Shown here: positions 60,860 to 64,000 of the stretch, piece after piece
How the letters are laid out: each line of letters opens with the position of its first letter
Position numbering within the stretch: the stretch's first letter is position 1
Assembly: GCA_018303485.1 (NCBI GenBank)
Contig: JAGVYC010000014.1
Coordinates: forward strand, 425 to 64,424
Length of the DNA: 64,000 nt
Direction: 5' to 3'
DNA from: Candidatus Woesearchaeota archaeon
GTDB taxonomy: Archaea; Nanobdellota; Nanobdellia; SCGC-AAA011-G17; JACPNG01
Notes under the pieces: generated by a model
What the model was told of the DNA's origin: nothing
What the model saw: the letters and a program-made list of their open reading frames with translations, nothing else
Databases searched by the model: none
Made by a program: the position numbers and the translations under genes

Positions 60860-61255
60860 TTATTTTACCGATTGTGCTGCGCTTGATTTTGTTGCTCCAA
60901 CCCCTGGAGCAGAGTGCGCAACCTTTTTCCTTGTTAATCCAAACTCGCCAATATAATGGCCGAGCATATTTTCATTTATTATAATAGGAACATATTCTTT
61001 TCCATTATGAACATGGATTGTAACACCAACCATTTCAGGCAGTATTAGCATATCCCTTACATGGCTCTTGACTGGTTTTTTCCTTTTGCCCGACTTCAAA
61101 TCATTTATTTTCTTTAGCAGTTTTTTTTGCTGATCTGTCAGACCTCTCTTTAAGCTTCTTCTTTGCCTTGAAGTAATAAGACTTGCAAATTCCTTCAAAT
61201 CAAGATTTTGTAGCTCTTCCAATGTTCTTCCTTTGAATAAAAATTTCTTTGCCAT
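60860..61255 (-). CDS. rps19: Ribosomal protein uS19
   Basis: [35 protein letters not shown]. Confidence 0.96.
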   Translation of the reverse strand: MAKKFLFKGRTLEELQNLDLKEFASLITSRQRRSLKRGLTDQQKKLLKKINDLKSGKRKKPVKSHVRDMLILPEMVGVTIHVHNGKEYVPIIINENMLGHYIGEFGLTRKKVAHSAPGVGATKSSAAQSVK

Positions 61256-61256
61256 T

Positions 61257-61976
61257 TTATCTGTTCCTTCCAGTTCTTCTTGCCCTTATTAACCCTATAT
61301 TCCTTCCTGGTGGCGCATACCTTGATGGTATTTTTGTTTTGCCTACATGCCTTCCTCTTCCAGATCCGAATGGATGGTCTACAGCATTCATAGCAACACC
61401 AGATGTTTTTGGATATAATTTCCCTTTTGCCCTCATTAAATGATGTCTGTTTCCTGCTTTGACAAATGGTTTTTCCTTTTTTCCGCCTCCGGAAACCATA
61501 CCTATAACAGCCCTGCAGTTCTGGTCAACCATCATCTCTTTTTTTGATGGCAATTTTATTAGGACTTTGTTGTTTACTTTTCCAATAATCTTTGCAAATG
61601 TTCCAGCTGACCTGCAAAATGCAGGCTTTCCAATAGAAATTTCTATATTGCATACATCAGTTCCTTCTGGGATGTCTTTTAATGGAAGGACATTACCATC
61701 TCTTAATTCTGCTTTGCTTCCGCTGCTGATTACATCATTTACTTTTATTCCAGATACAGCAGGCATTATGACTTCTTTATCAGCATACTTCACAACTGCT
61801 AAAGGAGCGCTATGCTGGCTGCAATGAATCAAATCAATAACCTTGCCATTGATGAAACCATTTTTTTCAGCATCATCATGTTGCCTGTTGCTTATCTTGC
61901 CCTTGCTTCTGTGGCTATGTGATTTATATGTAAAAGTTCCACGACCTCGCCTTTGTGTTATTATTCTTTTTCCCAT
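61257..61976 (-). CDS. rpl2: Ribosomal protein uL2
   Basis: [38 protein letters not shown]. Confidence 0.97.
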   Translation of the reverse strand: MGKRIITQRRGRGTFTYKSHSHRSKGKISNRQHDDAEKNGFINGKVIDLIHCSQHSAPLAVVKYADKEVIMPAVSGIKVNDVISSGSKAELRDGNVLPLKDIPEGTDVCNIEISIGKPAFCRSAGTFAKIIGKVNNKVLIKLPSKKEMMVDQNCRAVIGMVSGGGKKEKPFVKAGNRHHLMRAKGKLYPKTSGVAMNAVDHPFGSGRGRHVGKTKIPSRYAPPGRNIGLIRARRTGRNR

Positions 61977-61977
61977 A

Positions 61978-62247
61978 TTACATTAAGCCCATTTGAGTTA
62001 TTATATCTCTTGCAGGATTTTCATTTGCCAGCCTTACAAAAGCCTTTTTCCTTCCATTTTGAAGTATTGTTGTATTTATTTTAACAACCCTTACATTGAA
62101 AATTCTTTCAACAGCATTTTTAATGTCATTTTTATTGGATTTTTTATCTACAATGAATATTATCTTATTTTCTCTTTCATTCAATCTTATTGATTTCTCT
62201 GTTATAAGCGGAAATTTTACAATTCCATAATCTTCATTTGAGTTCAT
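61978..62247 (-). CDS. rpl23: Ribosomal protein uL23
   Basis: PLITEKS, FIVD, KINT, GRKKAFVRL; start ATG 62247. Confidence 0.94.
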   Translation of the reverse strand: MNSNEDYGIVKFPLITEKSIRLNERENKIIFIVDKKSNKNDIKNAVERIFNVRVVKINTTILQNGRKKAFVRLANENPARDIITQMGLM

Positions 62248-63053
62248 AAAAATAAGCACTCCTTCTTTATTTTTTCTAAGGCAGCTTCGCTCCATATGCA
62301 CAGTCTTATGCCAACAGTATTTGGTGATAGAAGCTTTGCATTTAAATTATTAACAATTACTGCATCGCAGCCGGGAATATTCTTTGAACTTTTAAGCAGA
62401 TTACAGTCCTTTTTTGATACAATAAATAAAGGCCCTATTTTATTCTTATATTTTCTCCCCCTGTTCTTTCCTACTCCTGATCTTACCCTTCTTATAGATA
62501 TCCTATCCATCTCTTCATTTAATCCGACTTTATCCAGCAAATTTATTATATCTTTGGTTTTTTTGACATCTTCAATCTTTGCATCAAATATGATTGGAAA
62601 AATATTTTTTATTTTATGCCCTCTTGTAATAACAAGCTCTTTGTTCATGCTTGCTGCCAGAGCAGACCTTATTGCCTTTCTTCTCTCTTTAATGTTTATG
62701 TATTCTTTCCATATCTTTTCTGCTTTTGGAGGATGCGCCCTTCTGCCACCAACAGTATGAGGGGCTGTTGCACCAACCCAGAAAAATTGTGTCCCTCTTC
62801 TTGTCATTGTTTTTCTTGGGACCCTTGAAATGCCTTTTCCATAGGCGCCTTTAAACTTGCGTCTTCTTCTTGATAATTTTGATGAGCTCCTCATGCCAGC
62901 TTCTTTTTTAGATCCATAGGGTTGCCTCTCGCCGCTGATTATAGAAATAACAGCCCTTTTAATTAGATCCGGTCTATATTCTTCTTCAAACTGCTTTGGT
63001 AGTTCTACTTCTTTTATTTTATTCCCATTCAAATCAAGCATGCTAAATTTCAT
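62244..63053 (-). CDS. rpl4: Ribosomal protein uL4
   Basis: RPDLIKRAV, GISRVPR, VGGRRAHPPK, INIKERRKA. Confidence 0.96.
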   Translation of the reverse strand: MKFSMLDLNGNKIKEVELPKQFEEEYRPDLIKRAVISIISGERQPYGSKKEAGMRSSSKLSRRRRKFKGAYGKGISRVPRKTMTRRGTQFFWVGATAPHTVGGRRAHPPKAEKIWKEYINIKERRKAIRSALAASMNKELVITRGHKIKNIFPIIFDAKIEDVKKTKDIINLLDKVGLNEEMDRISIRRVRSGVGKNRGRKYKNKIGPLFIVSKKDCNLLKSSKNIPGCDAVIVNNLNAKLLSPNTVGIRLCIWSEAALEKIKKECLFL

Positions 63054-63055
63054 TT

Positions 63056-64000
63056 TTATTGCTTTGACTCCTGGCTTATATATTTGACTTCCGGATTGCT
63101 TGCCTGCTTCTTAGCCCTTATTGGTTCTGTTATTATCACAAGCCTTTTATTAGGCCCGGGTAAAGACCCTTTTAGTACAATATATTCATTTTTGACAATG
63201 CCATAATGCATAAACCCTCCCTTTGGATTAATTTTGCTAGCATCATTTCCTATTATGATATTCCATTTGTTATATTCTGTTCTTAAATGATAACCCATCT
63301 TGCCGCTTTGAGGTACCCGAAAACTAACCCTTCTTGGATGCCAAGGCCCTAATGAACCAATGCCCCTCTTTGTCTTTTCAGATTTGTGTTGCCTTATTGT
63401 AACCCCAAACCTCTTGACAGTTCCTTGGAATCCCTTTCCCTTGGTTACAGAATGAACATCAACAAATTGGCCTGCCTTGAATATGTCTGAAATTTTAATC
63501 TCTTTTTCCAGCAGGATCCTTAAATTCTCAGTATCATTCTTATCGTAACTTAATCCTATTTCAAATATATCTGGCTTCTTTTTTCCAAAACCAGTTAATC
63601 TTGGCTGCGTATAAACAACCAATCTTACTAAATAGCAGTCTTTAGGCAATTCTGCTACTTTTTTTGAGATATTTGTTTGCCTTAAAACTTCTTTGTCAAT
63701 ATTCTTTGCATAAACATCAGAAATAATATTTAATCCAGTATTATCTTTTTTGTAAAATCTTAAGCATAAGGGTTTTAATGGTGGGCATTCTATCACTGTT
63801 ACAGCATTATTTATTATCTCACCTTTAGTAGTTGAATTTGTATTGTCTTTTAATAGCAAGTGTGTCATTCCAGCTTTATAGCCGGCAAAACCAAGTATCT
63901 TTTGCTCTTTTACATCTGCCCAGCACCTTATCCTGGGTGTTTCACTTTTAGCCCTGTTTCTAGGCCAAAACTGCAATGATCCTCTCCTAGGTCTGTGCTT
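63056..64000 (-). CDS. rpl3: Ribosomal protein uL3 (start just outside window)
   Basis: HRPRRGSLQFWP, FAGYKAGMTH, TKGKGFQGTVKRFG, GSLGPWHP, GYHLRTEYNK. Confidence 0.96.
   Translation of the reverse strand, partial: KHRPRRGSLQFWPRNRAKSETPRIRCWADVKEQKILGFAGYKAGMTHLLLKDNTNSTTKGEIINNAVTVIECPPLKPLCLRFYKKDNTGLNIISDVYAKNIDKEVLRQTNISKKVAELPKDCYLVRLVVYTQPRLTGFGKKKPDIFEIGLSYDKNDTENLRILLEKEIKISDIFKAGQFVDVHSVTKGKGFQGTVKRFGVTIRQHKSEKTKRGIGSLGPWHPRRVSFRVPQSGKMGYHLRTEYNKWNIIIGNDASKINPKGGFMHYGIVKNEYIVLKGSLPGPNKRLVIITEPIRAKKQASNPEVKYISQESKQ

Noticed and set aside
2418-62828. Many antisense or nested ORFs (e.g. 2418..2879, 17835..18356, 29239..29862, 39559..40131, 45185..45691)
   Set aside because: Shadows of well-supported genes with no recognisable motifs.

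Overview
Core-chromosome segment of an AT-rich DPANN archaeon (Woesearchaeota/Pacearchaeota-like, inferred from the fused PriS-PriL primase, PolD, archaeal r-protein set and N-extended uS14). Left to right: a type IV pilus-like locus (partial pilin, TadC/FlaJ-like platform, VirB11/FlaI-like ATPase, coiled-coil genes, three paralogous membrane genes); uppS; two PRC-barrel genes; TraB and an M50-like gene; a split Hef helicase/nuclease; LonB; a replication origin with four ORBs before cdc6-DP1-DP2; tyrS, PAN, argS; a convergent pair of coiled-coil/winged-helix genes; xerA with a dif-like site; tRNA-Lys; serS, topA, radB; a MoxR-DUF58-vWA operon; and the S10/spc ribosomal superoperon. Most notable: one winged-helix gene carries, inside its linker-coding region, an ORB matching this genome's oriC ORB (13/14 nt plus G-string) followed by short repeats, and its partner has its own intragenic repeats. 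This may be an undescribed intragenic origin or initiator-control module. Calls rest on motif recognition only; no searches were run.
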